From the NCBI GenBank assembly GCA_024672315.1, contig GCA_024672315.1_4714.1: a DNA stretch of 64,000 nucleotides. One strand, given 5' to 3'. This DNA comes from a phage. The notes under the pieces were generated by a model that was not told where the DNA came from, did not search any database, and saw only the letters and a program-made list of their open reading frames with translations. Both the position numbers and the translations under genes were made by a program. This document shows, one piece after another, positions 16,842-26,433 of this stretch (the first letter of the stretch is position 1; every line of letters begins with the position of its first letter).

Positions 16842-17384
16842 ATGGCCTTAGACTTTAACAAAGCAGCGAAATCCCTTCTGCTTGATCTTATCAACACCAA
16901 AGCGACCCGCACGCTGACCGAAGAAGAACTGCAGTTCGGTACTCCGCAGGCATCTTCCGAACATCCTAAGAACACCGTTATTCAGCTGGACGCTGCGCCT
17001 GAAGCAGCTAACCTGCAGGGTAGTAAGCAGTTCTACTACGATCGTCTGGCTCTGTCCGACGTTTTCGCTGATGTAACTAGCGATGTTACTTTCGAACTGC
17101 CGCACGGTACCGACAGCATCCAGGCTTCTGAACTGGTAAGCAAGCTGGTCACCAAATTCGGCCTGGCTTCCCTGACCGGTGAAATCAAAGAAGAAACCTT
17201 CCAGCTGTCTGCAGGTACTGTTGCTCAGGTAACTCTGAACGCGATCGAGAATGGCATGGTATATACCGGCACCCTGCAGGTTGCACTGACCTACGCAGCT
17301 GCACCGAAAGATGACCTGGCAACCGTTCTGGCGAATAACGTAGCTGAAGGCTTCGAGAAACCGACCGTTAGCGTTGTTGGCTAA
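16842..17384 (+). CDS. short member of ~300-aa paralog family
   Basis: Start moved to ATG 16842 (AGAGGA RBS, onset of strong codon bias); motifs FYYDRLALSDVF, KFGLASLTGEI, MVYTGTLQV. Confidence 0.6.
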   Translation: MALDFNKAAKSLLLDLINTKATRTLTEEELQFGTPQASSEHPKNTVIQLDAAPEAANLQGSKQFYYDRLALSDVFADVTSDVTFELPHGTDSIQASELVSKLVTKFGLASLTGEIKEETFQLSAGTVAQVTLNAIENGMVYTGTLQVALTYAAAPKDDLATVLANNVAEGFEKPTVSVVG

Positions 17385-17583
17385 TAAGCACATAGAGCAA
17401 TAGTATGGGTTTTGTACAGCTCGGCTATTGCTCTTCTACAATTTGGTTGTAATAATCTGCGTGGTTGCACGCTTATCTTTCTCATTGAGCGCTTCGTATG
17501 AAGCGTGGTGTTGAAAGGGTTGTGGATCTCCTCAAGCGGCCAGGGACCCAGACCAACCTGAATAAACACGAACACCTGTTAAG

Positions 17584-17615
17584 CCCCTCCTCATCCGTTA
17601 TTGGGTGAGGAGGGG
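17584..17615. terminator. CCTCC-like hairpin between convergent genes 16842-17384 and endolysin
   Basis: CCCCTCCTCA / TGAGGAGGGG 10-bp stem followed by T-rich tract on plus strand. Confidence 0.5.
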
Positions 17616-17678
17616 TCTTATACGTCTTTATGCGTTCCGTTCGTTCTGGAGCGTTTTAGGACGGTTTACGGCAGGGTT

Positions 17679-18314
17679 TTATTCAACACTGAAACCGTTC
17701 AAACGAATAGCTTCATAACGCTTACGTTCACGACGTTTACGTGCCTGCCAGCCGTAAATGAACTTCTCGTCTTTCTCACGACGTTCAGCTAATTCGATGT
17801 AGTAGGTGCTCTGCATATCCAACATCGCGTCGATGAGATAATCTTTACCGGTTTCTCCGCGTTTAGCGATGTAAGCGTCGAGTACGCCTAACGTCGCAGG
17901 TCCCATCAAACCGTCGGCGTTGATATCTTTCCAGTAAGTTTGACGATTGTTCATGACGTTAAGGTAACGCTGGAGGTTCTTAACCGCAACCGTTTTACCT
18001 GCATTGATACCCAGGTCAAAGAGACGGTCAGCTAAGAACACAGAACGTTTCATGACTTCGTCAAGCTTCATCTTATCCCAGAAATGAGTCTTGTAGATAA
18101 AGAACGCCATTTCCGTGGTAAGGTTACGCATGTTACCGTTCCAGCCGAATTTCGTTTTCAGCGTGGTTTTGTATTGTTCCGCCAAAGCTTGCGTCACGCC
18201 GTGGTTTGTGATTCCGCCCGAATCATCGGGATCGTCGACGTAACCTGCTTCGATGCTTGTTTTGTCACGAATGATGAATTCGCAGGTAAAATCTTTTTCT
18301 GTAATCTTAGCCAT
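17679..18314 (-). CDS. endolysin, GH108-type lysozyme with peptidoglycan-binding domain
   Basis: N-terminal EAGYVDDPDDSGGITNHGVTQ matches GH108 catalytic signature; AGGAG RBS. Confidence 0.75.
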   Translation of the reverse strand: MAKITEKDFTCEFIIRDKTSIEAGYVDDPDDSGGITNHGVTQALAEQYKTTLKTKFGWNGNMRNLTTEMAFFIYKTHFWDKMKLDEVMKRSVFLADRLFDLGINAGKTVAVKNLQRYLNVMNNRQTYWKDINADGLMGPATLGVLDAYIAKRGETGKDYLIDAMLDMQSTYYIELAERREKDEKFIYGWQARKRRERKRYEAIRLNGFSVE

Positions 18315-18357
18315 TAGAACTCCTCGTTGGAATAACGATTTAGAGGAACAGGAAGGG

Positions 18358-18431
18358 TCTAGAACGCGATAAACGATTTAATCCAGGCAAACCCCAGGTT
18401 AAACTTTTCGGAGCGTTACAACGCGTTCTAG
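18358..18431. promoter_or_regulatory. inverted repeats upstream of endolysin gene
   Basis: TCTAGAACGCG at 18358 and 14-bp perfect palindrome GCGTTCTAGAACGC at 18418-18431. Confidence 0.35.
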
Positions 18432-18440
18432 AACGCTGAA

Positions 18441-20489
18441 TTAAATACCCTTGGTTCCTTTCACGTGATGTGCAATTTCTTCAACCATTGCACGCAGAGC
18501 ACGAAGCTGTTGGTCATGTTCGTACCAACCGCCTAACAGAACCCCGCTATACACCATGGTGTCAAGACTTAACAGCCCTTTATCTGATACGTTGATCATT
18601 TCAGGGAACTGTTCTTGAACACGCTGTGCGATAACACCGATCTTCTCGACATCAGGATCGTAGTTGTGACGGAAACGGGCAAGCCCACTGCGTGCCATTT
18701 CACGTAAACGTTCACTAAGAGATTCTGGATGGTCTTTCAGATAACGGATGTCGTGTTTACTGCGCTCATCTGAACGGATGTAAGCGTTAGGAACATCGAT
18801 GTTGCTGTTGAAGTACAGCGCACTACCACCACCTGCAGAGTTCCCCCAATAGAAGCGCGTGATCTCACCGCCACCATTTTCCGTGATGATAACATGTTTA
18901 CCTAAACGTGTACCACCATTACCATCAACGAAGACCAGTTTGTTTCCGCTGTAAGAACCCCAGAACAAGCGTGTATCGATGATGTGCGTTGCGGCGAGAC
19001 GGGCGTTACGCGGTGTAGAATACACGGTGTTAACATCTTGCTGCGCATGCGCATCGGAAGCGATACCGTAGTTCTGAACGTTCCCCAACCCTACCTGCGC
19101 TTTCGTAACAGCGTGAGGGTTGTCTCGACGGTTAGCGTGAGCGTTAACCAGATCACCCGCTAATTTCTGAATTGCCCAGTTAGTAGACTGTGGTGTCATG
19201 TAACGGTTAGTCGAGGAACCACCTTGCGCTTCAGCTTGGTTAGCGGTTGGGTAGTTCTCAACACTTCCTAACCCTACTTGTGCTTTAGACACTTGGTGTG
19301 GGTTATTCTTGTCAGCGATGTGTGCATTAAGCGGAACTAACGCAAAGGTCTCAATGGACGCTTTGGTTGTGTTCGGTGCCATTAATCGGTTAGCTGCAAC
19401 ACCGGCGCGCGCTTCTTCTTCAGAAGCCATCGGATAGTTTTGCACATTACCTAATCCCACCTGGGCTTTAGTTACCTTGTGTGGGTTGTTGTAATCGGTT
19501 TTGTGTGCATTAAGCGGAATCAGTGCGAACTGTTCAATCGCTGCAACAGTGCGTAGCGGCGTCATGAAACGGTTGTTCGCTGTTCCGGCTTTCGCCTCAC
19601 CATCCGAAGCGGTCGGGAAGTTATCAACGTTCCCAAGGTTAACCTGTGCTTTGGTGACGCTATGCGGGTTATCCCGACGGTTAGCGTGTGCGTCGACGAG
19701 ATCGCCCGCCAGTTTAGCAATTGCCCATCCAACCGTTTGTGCGGTCATGTATCGGTCAGGTGCAGTACCGGCTTCTGCCTCCGCCTTGTTTGCGGTAGGA
19801 TAGTTCTGTACGTTACCGAGTCCGACTTGGGCTTTTGTTACTTCGTGCGGGTTATCGGTACGGTTAGCATGCGCGTAATGCAGATCGGTTAGATCTTTAT
19901 CCGCTGCTTGCATGTCTTTGCGTAGCTGATCGATTGCCGCCCAGAGACGGTTATCGGATGCAGCATCACCGATAAGTATTGCGGCTTTCAGTGAATAGAT
20001 CGCTAAGCAAAGATGTTCGGTACCGTAAATAGCACTAACGTGGTGGATGTGTGGTTCAGGCGGATAAAGTTCCGGTTTGTTCTTGATGTCGTCCCAGTTG
20101 ATCGGACGATCGTCAAGTTTGAGTTCTTCGATAGCCTGATATAACGCGTCAATAAGACTTACGTAAACACCACCGATGATACGATAGTCGTTAACTAACG
20201 TCCCCTCGATATCATCGTTGATGATGGCGATCGCCGCACAGATTTCTTTACCTGCGTAAAGCGTTGCGTCCTGATACAAGAAGATGGGTTTATAATCCAC
20301 GCCTCGCACCAGTGTCTTACCGGTAAGCTTTTCAGTGATGACCAGACTTTCGGTGAAGAACGGTCCGCCATCAAGGGCGTAACATTTATTCTCGGTTCGT
20401 GGAACGGTATGCTCTTCACCAACGATGTGGTTGCTGGCGAGTGTACCGGTCCAGTCCTCGGGGTACTTCAGGGTAATTGGTGTCGACAT
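18441..20489 (-). CDS. tail fibre with NPH repeats and C-terminal S74 intramolecular chaperone domain
   Basis: Five ~55-aa repeats (NPHxVTKAQVGLGNVxNY...YMTP); C-terminal RSDERSK Ser/Lys motif and GWYEHDQQLRAL typical of self-cleaving chaperone domains. Confidence 0.75.
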   Translation of the reverse strand: MSTPITLKYPEDWTGTLASNHIVGEEHTVPRTENKCYALDGGPFFTESLVITEKLTGKTLVRGVDYKPIFLYQDATLYAGKEICAAIAIINDDIEGTLVNDYRIIGGVYVSLIDALYQAIEELKLDDRPINWDDIKNKPELYPPEPHIHHVSAIYGTEHLCLAIYSLKAAILIGDAASDNRLWAAIDQLRKDMQAADKDLTDLHYAHANRTDNPHEVTKAQVGLGNVQNYPTANKAEAEAGTAPDRYMTAQTVGWAIAKLAGDLVDAHANRRDNPHSVTKAQVNLGNVDNFPTASDGEAKAGTANNRFMTPLRTVAAIEQFALIPLNAHKTDYNNPHKVTKAQVGLGNVQNYPMASEEEARAGVAANRLMAPNTTKASIETFALVPLNAHIADKNNPHQVSKAQVGLGSVENYPTANQAEAQGGSSTNRYMTPQSTNWAIQKLAGDLVNAHANRRDNPHAVTKAQVGLGNVQNYGIASDAHAQQDVNTVYSTPRNARLAATHIIDTRLFWGSYSGNKLVFVDGNGGTRLGKHVIITENGGGEITRFYWGNSAGGGSALYFNSNIDVPNAYIRSDERSKHDIRYLKDHPESLSERLREMARSGLARFRHNYDPDVEKIGVIAQRVQEQFPEMINVSDKGLLSLDTMVYSGVLLGGWYEHDQQLRALRAMVEEIAHHVKGTKGI
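19020..19920 (-). repeat. tandem coding repeats (five NPH units) in tail fibre gene
   Basis: Repeated DNA cores encoding NPHxVTKAQVGLGNV. Confidence 0.7.
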
Positions 20490-20502
20490 AACCTGGAGGT
20501 CC

Positions 20503-23106
20503 TTATAACGTGACTGTACCTAATTTGGTTGTCTTATTGAGATTAATGACAGAGATCTGGGTATCGCTGGTCGTAATCGTTCCGATATTAACGCGCTGTC
20601 CTTTATCATCTTCTTGCTTGTAGATGGTTAACTCCAGTTCTAACTGGTCGCCATTAGGAACAACGGAAACGTACCATGTTTTATTACCCGGTGAGCTATT
20701 ATAGTCTTTTAGGTTATAATGGCCTTTAGGTAAGGTCATGACCTTACCGGCAAACAAGCAAGTGATGTCTTCGTTGATGTAGATATCGTAACCGGAAGCA
20801 GCAACGACCGTAGAAACCATGTAACGGTTTTTAACAGCGAGAGCTTTATATTCCGCAACGGAATTACCGACAGCGCTAAAGACTTGACCGCCATTACCCA
20901 TCACCGTAGAGACTGCGGTATCAACATAACCGATTCCCCACACCGGATGCACGTTCCAGCGCCAGCCGCTTGTCTGTAGGTAAGCATACATACCTTCAAA
21001 TGCGATGGTTGTCCAGTTCCCATCGTTTTGTCGTCCAGCTCGGAACTGATAGGTGTTCTGGTTCCCTGCAGACTGACGGGAGTACGGAACATGTCCCGCA
21101 ACAAGCCATCCATCACTCGCCTTCTTGTAAGCTAATACACCCCAGGCAGCATCCTGACTACCGATATTTGTTGAATCGGGTTCTTCGACATAACCCAGCA
21201 ATTTGGTTACGCCCGTCACCGTAATAGCGCCTTTACGCGCGGATACGGTAACCTCTGCAGCGATTCGTCCATGTACGCGTGTGCTGGTATTACAGCCAGC
21301 AACAAACAGGATACAGGGTGCGTTTGTACCATCTGGAGGCACTGCTAACGCATGTCGCCACTGACTTACCCCTGATAACTTAGATCCTGTATATGCGTTC
21401 CACACAAGCTGACCGCCTGCCTGCAGATTCGCTGCGGTTATGCTGATGGCTTCACCGGATGGTGCAAGTTTGGTTGCATCGTAACCGATTTTGCTTGTTA
21501 GGACCGCATCGGTTAAATAAGACCCGCTAACCACCGTATTATCGTCGCTTAAATGCACGGTTAGGAAAGGTAGTGACATTTGACCCGTTCTAACCACCAC
21601 GTTGTTGGAAGGCGGAAAACCGTAAACATTAATACCCTCGCCCTGATAATGGTAATTGAGGTTCCAGTCATAGGTCACTAGACGAGCCTCAAAATTACCC
21701 TGTCCGCCAGCCGTACGCGAGTTAACAAAAACCTTGTTCTTAGAAAAGAAACCCAGGTAACCATGGGACGCGAGTGCACCAACGACGCGATCCCCGACGC
21801 TTTTCCAGTTTGAATCGTACTGTCTTCCACCGGTCGGGCCGAGTTTGGCGAGTTCGTCGAACACGTTTCCAGAGAAACCATTGATGGTGTACGATCTCGC
21901 TTGGGGGGCGGATAAGTTGTCGTTTTGGATAAGGGCTACCTGACCACGTTCGTTGATTTCGATATTCCCGGTACCGTTACCCGAACCCCATTGCCAGAAA
22001 CCATCGTTATATGCACTTGTCCCCTCCGTTGTGTTGGAAGGTCCTATCCAGTCAATACCGCTGCTGGTTGACGTGTAAGTCGATTGTCCAGCGCCTGGGT
22101 TCATGCTGTAACTGTTGTTGGCGGTTTCAAAATCCAGATAAAACTGATGCAGCCCGTTTTTAGATCGGTTGTTACGGTTGTTCGTCCACCACGCCGAAGC
22201 AATCAGAATGCGTGCTTTAGTGCCTTTGGTTGCTGCAAGCAGACGAATCTGGGCACGCCAGACGATTTGACCGATCCCGTCAGAAGGGAAATCGTTCGCA
22301 GTTATGCGGTTGCAGACAATCATCTCGGCGCTGTTGCTTATTGCCATCCCTTCTATCGTTCTACCGCTAATATTCGTAAGCTGTGTAGCCGCTACGCTGC
22401 CACCGCTGGGACCGATGGAAGATTTAGTTACGGTATAAACATTTAAGTAGAGTTTATAACTGTTAGTGCCAGCAATAGCGATGTAGATTTTACCGTTAAT
22501 TTCCCAACAGCAGACATTCGGTGACGTATCAACAAAGTTGGCAAGACTACCATCGAGATACATGGCGACGTGTTTGGATGCATCAAACGTTCCGTCTGTC
22601 AATGCGATAAACATTTTAGGGCTGCTACCGTCTTCAAAAGCAGCTTGACCTAACATGATACCGTTCTGGTGACAGTATATCGCCGTAGGAATACGGTCGA
22701 GCGTCGCGGGTTCATAACGACGACTGGTTGGGATAACTTCGGTGATTTGCCCGTTTTGATCTGTTTTACAGATAACGTAGTAAACCCCTTTCTTTACGCT
22801 GTTCGTTGCTGAACGCAATAACACGATAGTACCGTCGGATTCACGACATACGCCGTAACGACGGTATCTGTCGTTTAGGGAGATAGCACCATCAGCGGAG
22901 CCTTCAATTGCCAGAGGAAAATAACTTTGGTCCCCAACCTGTTCGATATCGGTTACGCCAATATCGATGTATTTTTCCATCTCAGTGTCGAACTCAGCGG
23001 TACTGTAGGCACCGAGATCGCTCGCCTTTAGTCCCGTTGGGTTGTCACGACTGGCGATACGCGTAGTAACGCTACTCACCAGTTCGCTGAACTTTTTCAT
23101 TGCCAT
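20503..23106 (-). CDS. tail fibre / receptor-binding protein
   Basis: 867 aa; N-terminus FSELVSSVTTRIASRDNP shares module with neighbouring fibre genes; Gly/Ser/Thr/Asn-rich body; GAGGTG RBS. Confidence 0.6.
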   Translation of the reverse strand: MAMKKFSELVSSVTTRIASRDNPTGLKASDLGAYSTAEFDTEMEKYIDIGVTDIEQVGDQSYFPLAIEGSADGAISLNDRYRRYGVCRESDGTIVLLRSATNSVKKGVYYVICKTDQNGQITEVIPTSRRYEPATLDRIPTAIYCHQNGIMLGQAAFEDGSSPKMFIALTDGTFDASKHVAMYLDGSLANFVDTSPNVCCWEINGKIYIAIAGTNSYKLYLNVYTVTKSSIGPSGGSVAATQLTNISGRTIEGMAISNSAEMIVCNRITANDFPSDGIGQIVWRAQIRLLAATKGTKARILIASAWWTNNRNNRSKNGLHQFYLDFETANNSYSMNPGAGQSTYTSTSSGIDWIGPSNTTEGTSAYNDGFWQWGSGNGTGNIEINERGQVALIQNDNLSAPQARSYTINGFSGNVFDELAKLGPTGGRQYDSNWKSVGDRVVGALASHGYLGFFSKNKVFVNSRTAGGQGNFEARLVTYDWNLNYHYQGEGINVYGFPPSNNVVVRTGQMSLPFLTVHLSDDNTVVSGSYLTDAVLTSKIGYDATKLAPSGEAISITAANLQAGGQLVWNAYTGSKLSGVSQWRHALAVPPDGTNAPCILFVAGCNTSTRVHGRIAAEVTVSARKGAITVTGVTKLLGYVEEPDSTNIGSQDAAWGVLAYKKASDGWLVAGHVPYSRQSAGNQNTYQFRAGRQNDGNWTTIAFEGMYAYLQTSGWRWNVHPVWGIGYVDTAVSTVMGNGGQVFSAVGNSVAEYKALAVKNRYMVSTVVAASGYDIYINEDITCLFAGKVMTLPKGHYNLKDYNSSPGNKTWYVSVVPNGDQLELELTIYKQEDDKGQRVNIGTITTSDTQISVINLNKTTKLGTVTL

Positions 23107-23118
23107 TATTCACCTCGA

Positions 23119-23604
23119 TTAAATAGGCGAGTCGGGTAGCTGACCATCATCGATCTCGATGGTGGCCACCTTACGTGTTGCAGCAAGATGTGATGTACCC
23201 TGGATTTTGTTCCAGGTGCCGATACGCATGGCGTTTTTGTAGCTGCTATCGCTATCGTTCAGTGTGTAAACAAAACCGCTATCGGTTACGGCAAGATAGA
23301 TCCAGCCTACAGACTCACTGATACCTGACACGTCCAAAGTTGCTGCTGGCACCGTCCCTACCACCGTGTTGTATTCCGCTGTACCTTGACCAATGCTGAT
23401 CCGTCCGTTGCTGTAACTGGCTGCCGGAAGCGTTTTATTTCGACTGAAGAAAAGAAACGGAAGGTAACGCTGGGTAACAAGCGGTGCAAGTTTAGAAGCC
23501 ACTTCGGTCTTAACGTAGACATCTGTTTGTGTTGGCGTTACCTCGTGAGGGTTCTTTTGGGTAAGATACGTCCCCCATTCAGAAAGCAGTGTTGATAGCT
23601 TCAT
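23119..23604 (-). CDS. small tail-fibre-family protein
   Basis: 161 aa; N-terminus LSEWGTYLTQKNPHEVTPTQ shares fibre module. Confidence 0.5.
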   Translation of the reverse strand: MKLSTLLSEWGTYLTQKNPHEVTPTQTDVYVKTEVASKLAPLVTQRYLPFLFFSRNKTLPAASYSNGRISIGQGTAEYNTVVGTVPAATLDVSGISESVGWIYLAVTDSGFVYTLNDSDSSYKNAMRIGTWNKIQGTSHLAATRKVATIEIDDGQLPDSPI

Positions 23605-23608
23605 GCGG

Positions 23609-24118
23609 TTACCCCATGTAACGTTTTTGGCCGAGGATGAAGACTTTGTTAAAGACCACCGAAGTGATTCCTGTTGCGTTACAGCTCACCTGCCCGACGC
23701 GAATTGCTGTTGACGTATCGACCCCAGCACTACTCTGCCAGATCCAATCGATCGATCCGTCTTTCTGACGAATGAAAAGATAACCGGTTTTGTTCGCCCA
23801 GTCGGAAGTAAGTTTTTTGATGTCTAGCGTTCCCTTCGCCAGAATATAGTCGGTACCGGCGATCATGACGGGTATTTCAGGATACGAGATTACCGTACCG
23901 CTGGCGGTAACGTTGCTGATGCGATCACTACGAATATCAGTACAATCACCGAAATACGCTACGGGGAGTATCCCCTTAGGGAGCTTTTTGCCGATTCTCG
24001 TATCGATCGTGTTTTTATCGGGTGCACCGATTTGTGCTGCAGTGACTTGGTTAGGGTTATCCTTCCTTGCGTACCATGTCGTCATGCGAGCACCCAATTC
24101 ACTCATTTTTGTGCCCAT
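23609..24118 (-). CDS. small tail-fibre-family protein
   Basis: Track start 24124 is GTG; ATG at 24118; N-terminus MSELGARMTTWYARKDNPNQVTAAQIG shares fibre module. Confidence 0.5.
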   Translation of the reverse strand: MGTKMSELGARMTTWYARKDNPNQVTAAQIGAPDKNTIDTRIGKKLPKGILPVAYFGDCTDIRSDRISNVTASGTVISYPEIPVMIAGTDYILAKGTLDIKKLTSDWANKTGYLFIRQKDGSIDWIWQSSAGVDTSTAIRVGQVSCNATGITSVVFNKVFILGQKRYMG

Positions 24119-24152
24119 TTTCACATCCTATCGAAAAATAAAAAGAAGGAAA

Positions 24153-24169
24153 GGTGGGTAGAACCCACC
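24153..24169 (-). terminator. intrinsic terminator after tail fibre gene 24176-26329
   Basis: GGTGGGT / ACCCACC stem; plus-strand A-rich run 24128-24150 gives U-run on minus transcript. Confidence 0.65.
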
Positions 24170-24175
24170 CATCCG

Positions 24176-26329
24176 TTATAACGTTTCGAAGTCGGTTGCT
24201 TTGATAACCGCGTTGAAGTTAGCAAGGAATTCCTTAAGCAGTGCTTGGAAGACATCACGAAACGCTGTGTTCGTCTGCAAGCTGGTTAAATAATCGTTCT
24301 TAAGGTAATCGCTCAGCTTACCGATCTTCTGCATCTTCTCGCCGTCTTGGTTCTCTCCAGGTTCTTGGCTGTTGATGTTAACCCATTTGATCCCTTCGAG
24401 ATCGCCATCGGCAAGGAAGTTGGCGGGTGTCTCATCGTCGTTCAGGATTTTAATCGTATCACTGGATTCAATACCACCGTAAGCTTCCAGAAGCTGGTTG
24501 ACTGTTAGCTTATTGGTGTTGATTGAACCATTGACACCATCGATACCGATGCCTGCACCTGTGATGGATGTCGCCGAAAGATCGATCGGTCCGGTTAACT
24601 TACCACCGTTGATCGGTAACGCACCAACTTGCTCAGCGGTGTGTGTATGGTCAGCTAACGCCGCAAACGCCACGATAGACTTATATGTCGAATACGGCGT
24701 CATATACGCTGATTGGTTGGTGTTGTCAGCCGCTTCAGTATCGGTAGCAACATTAAAGTTCTGCACGTTGCTGAGACCGACCTGTGCCTTCGTTACTTCG
24801 TGCGGGTTGTTCTTATTGACAACGTGTGCGGCAAAACCGTCACCAGCTAAAGCAGTGATTGCAGCTTTTGTCGCAGCCGGTGTCATATAGCGGTTGGTTG
24901 CTTCACCCGTTTGCGCCTCTTCGTCGGAAGCAACAGGATAGTTCTCAACGCTCCCCAAACCGACCTGAGATTTTGTTACTTGGTGTGGGTTTTCGGTATT
25001 CGCGATGTGACTACTGAACCCTTGACCAGCCAGCTGCTCGATTGCGTAACGAACAAGTATTGGTGTCATGTACTTGTTGTTAACTTGACCATCGATCGCT
25101 TCTTGGGTGGTGGCAACCCCGAAGTTTTGCACGCTCCCCAACCCAACTTGCGCTTTCGTAACAGCGTGAGGGTTATTGGTGTTACCGATGTGATCGGTAA
25201 CCGTTGGGGTGATTAATGCTGCGATAGCGGCTGCCGTGGTCGCAGGGGTCATGTATTTATCGTTAGCAACACCTGCACCAGCTTCTACGTTAGATGCTAC
25301 ACCGTAGTTCAATACATTCCCTAACCCAACTTGAGCTTTGGTTACCCCATGGGGGTTGGTCTTGTCTCCGGTATGGGTTGTCAACGTAGCGTTGACATGA
25401 TCGATACGCGTGCTTAAGCCGTCGGTGATTGCTTTGATTGCGGCTCGTACACCCGCTGGTGTTGTGTACAGATTTGTGGCCGTACCGGTAATAGTTGTAT
25501 TACTATCGGCTGTACCGTAGTTCTCAACGTTTCCGAGCCCCACCTGGGCTTTCGTTACCTTGTGTGGGTTGTTGTAGTTGCTGATGTGTGCAGCAGCACT
25601 ATCACCACTCAGGTTAGCGATCATCTTACGCGTCATCGCCAACGTCATGTACAGATTTTCACCGATGGTTTCCAGATCGCTCTCGGTCGCCGTTGTGAAG
25701 TTCTGAACATTCCCCAAACCAACTTGTGCCTTGGTTACACCATGGGGGTTATCGCGACGATTCTCGTGCTGTAGCAATGCGGTCATTGCTTTATTGAACC
25801 CTTCTTCAAGCGGTTCTTTCAATGATTCGATTGCAGCCACCACATCGTCCCACGTCATTGTGTCGGTTTCGACATTATGCTGATGGTTGATTGGCGGGAA
25901 TACGGAAGGAACGTCGGCAACCTTTTCCCAGAACGTAACGCGGGGGTCGTAGAGGTTGTTGGCTAAAACGTTAAGAATTTGTTGTTGATCAAGTGTAAAC
26001 TCACCCCCCAGTGAATAGTAGTTCAGTTGCAACTGTCCACTGAATGCGGTGTCCAACAGCATGATGGAACCGTATAATTCCAGGCCGGTCAGCGCAGCCA
26101 TGGCACGGAAGGGGTGAGTGCATAAAAAGTCAACGCCTTCTTCCAGATACGCGTTTGTTTCAGGGTTGTAGATCTTTAACCCATTACGAAAATAGGGTGC
26201 GTATTTAGGAACGAGAAAGTTAAATCCGGTCCCCGTGGAAGGACGGACAGTGACGAGTTCTTCTGGAACCCATGCGCCATCCAAATTCCCCTGCGGGTTA
26301 TACGGAAGGCGTTTAATTTCATCTGTCAT
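24176..26329 (-). CDS. tail fibre with six NPH repeats
   Basis: 717 aa; six repeats of NPHxVTKAQVGLGNVxNx...YMTP; followed by terminator 24153-24169. Confidence 0.75.
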   Translation of the reverse strand: MTDEIKRLPYNPQGNLDGAWVPEELVTVRPSTGTGFNFLVPKYAPYFRNGLKIYNPETNAYLEEGVDFLCTHPFRAMAALTGLELYGSIMLLDTAFSGQLQLNYYSLGGEFTLDQQQILNVLANNLYDPRVTFWEKVADVPSVFPPINHQHNVETDTMTWDDVVAAIESLKEPLEEGFNKAMTALLQHENRRDNPHGVTKAQVGLGNVQNFTTATESDLETIGENLYMTLAMTRKMIANLSGDSAAAHISNYNNPHKVTKAQVGLGNVENYGTADSNTTITGTATNLYTTPAGVRAAIKAITDGLSTRIDHVNATLTTHTGDKTNPHGVTKAQVGLGNVLNYGVASNVEAGAGVANDKYMTPATTAAAIAALITPTVTDHIGNTNNPHAVTKAQVGLGSVQNFGVATTQEAIDGQVNNKYMTPILVRYAIEQLAGQGFSSHIANTENPHQVTKSQVGLGSVENYPVASDEEAQTGEATNRYMTPAATKAAITALAGDGFAAHVVNKNNPHEVTKAQVGLSNVQNFNVATDTEAADNTNQSAYMTPYSTYKSIVAFAALADHTHTAEQVGALPINGGKLTGPIDLSATSITGAGIGIDGVNGSINTNKLTVNQLLEAYGGIESSDTIKILNDDETPANFLADGDLEGIKWVNINSQEPGENQDGEKMQKIGKLSDYLKNDYLTSLQTNTAFRDVFQALLKEFLANFNAVIKATDFETL
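24700..25770 (-). repeat. tandem coding repeats (six NPH units) in tail fibre gene
   Basis: Same unit as 19020-19920; segments 25121-25171 and 25531-25580 nearly identical to 19071-19121 and 19451-19500. Confidence 0.7.
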
Positions 26330-26433
26330 GATGCGCCCTTTACAAGTTGTTAGTAAGTATGGGATACCCTGGGGTATCCTGTGTTAACAGCGGTAAAATA
26401 TTACTGTAACTATAAAATAAGGGGGCCTCTCCC

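Noticed and set aside
16848-17393. 181-aa minus-strand ORF
   Set aside because: Antisense to the codon-biased plus gene 16842-17384.
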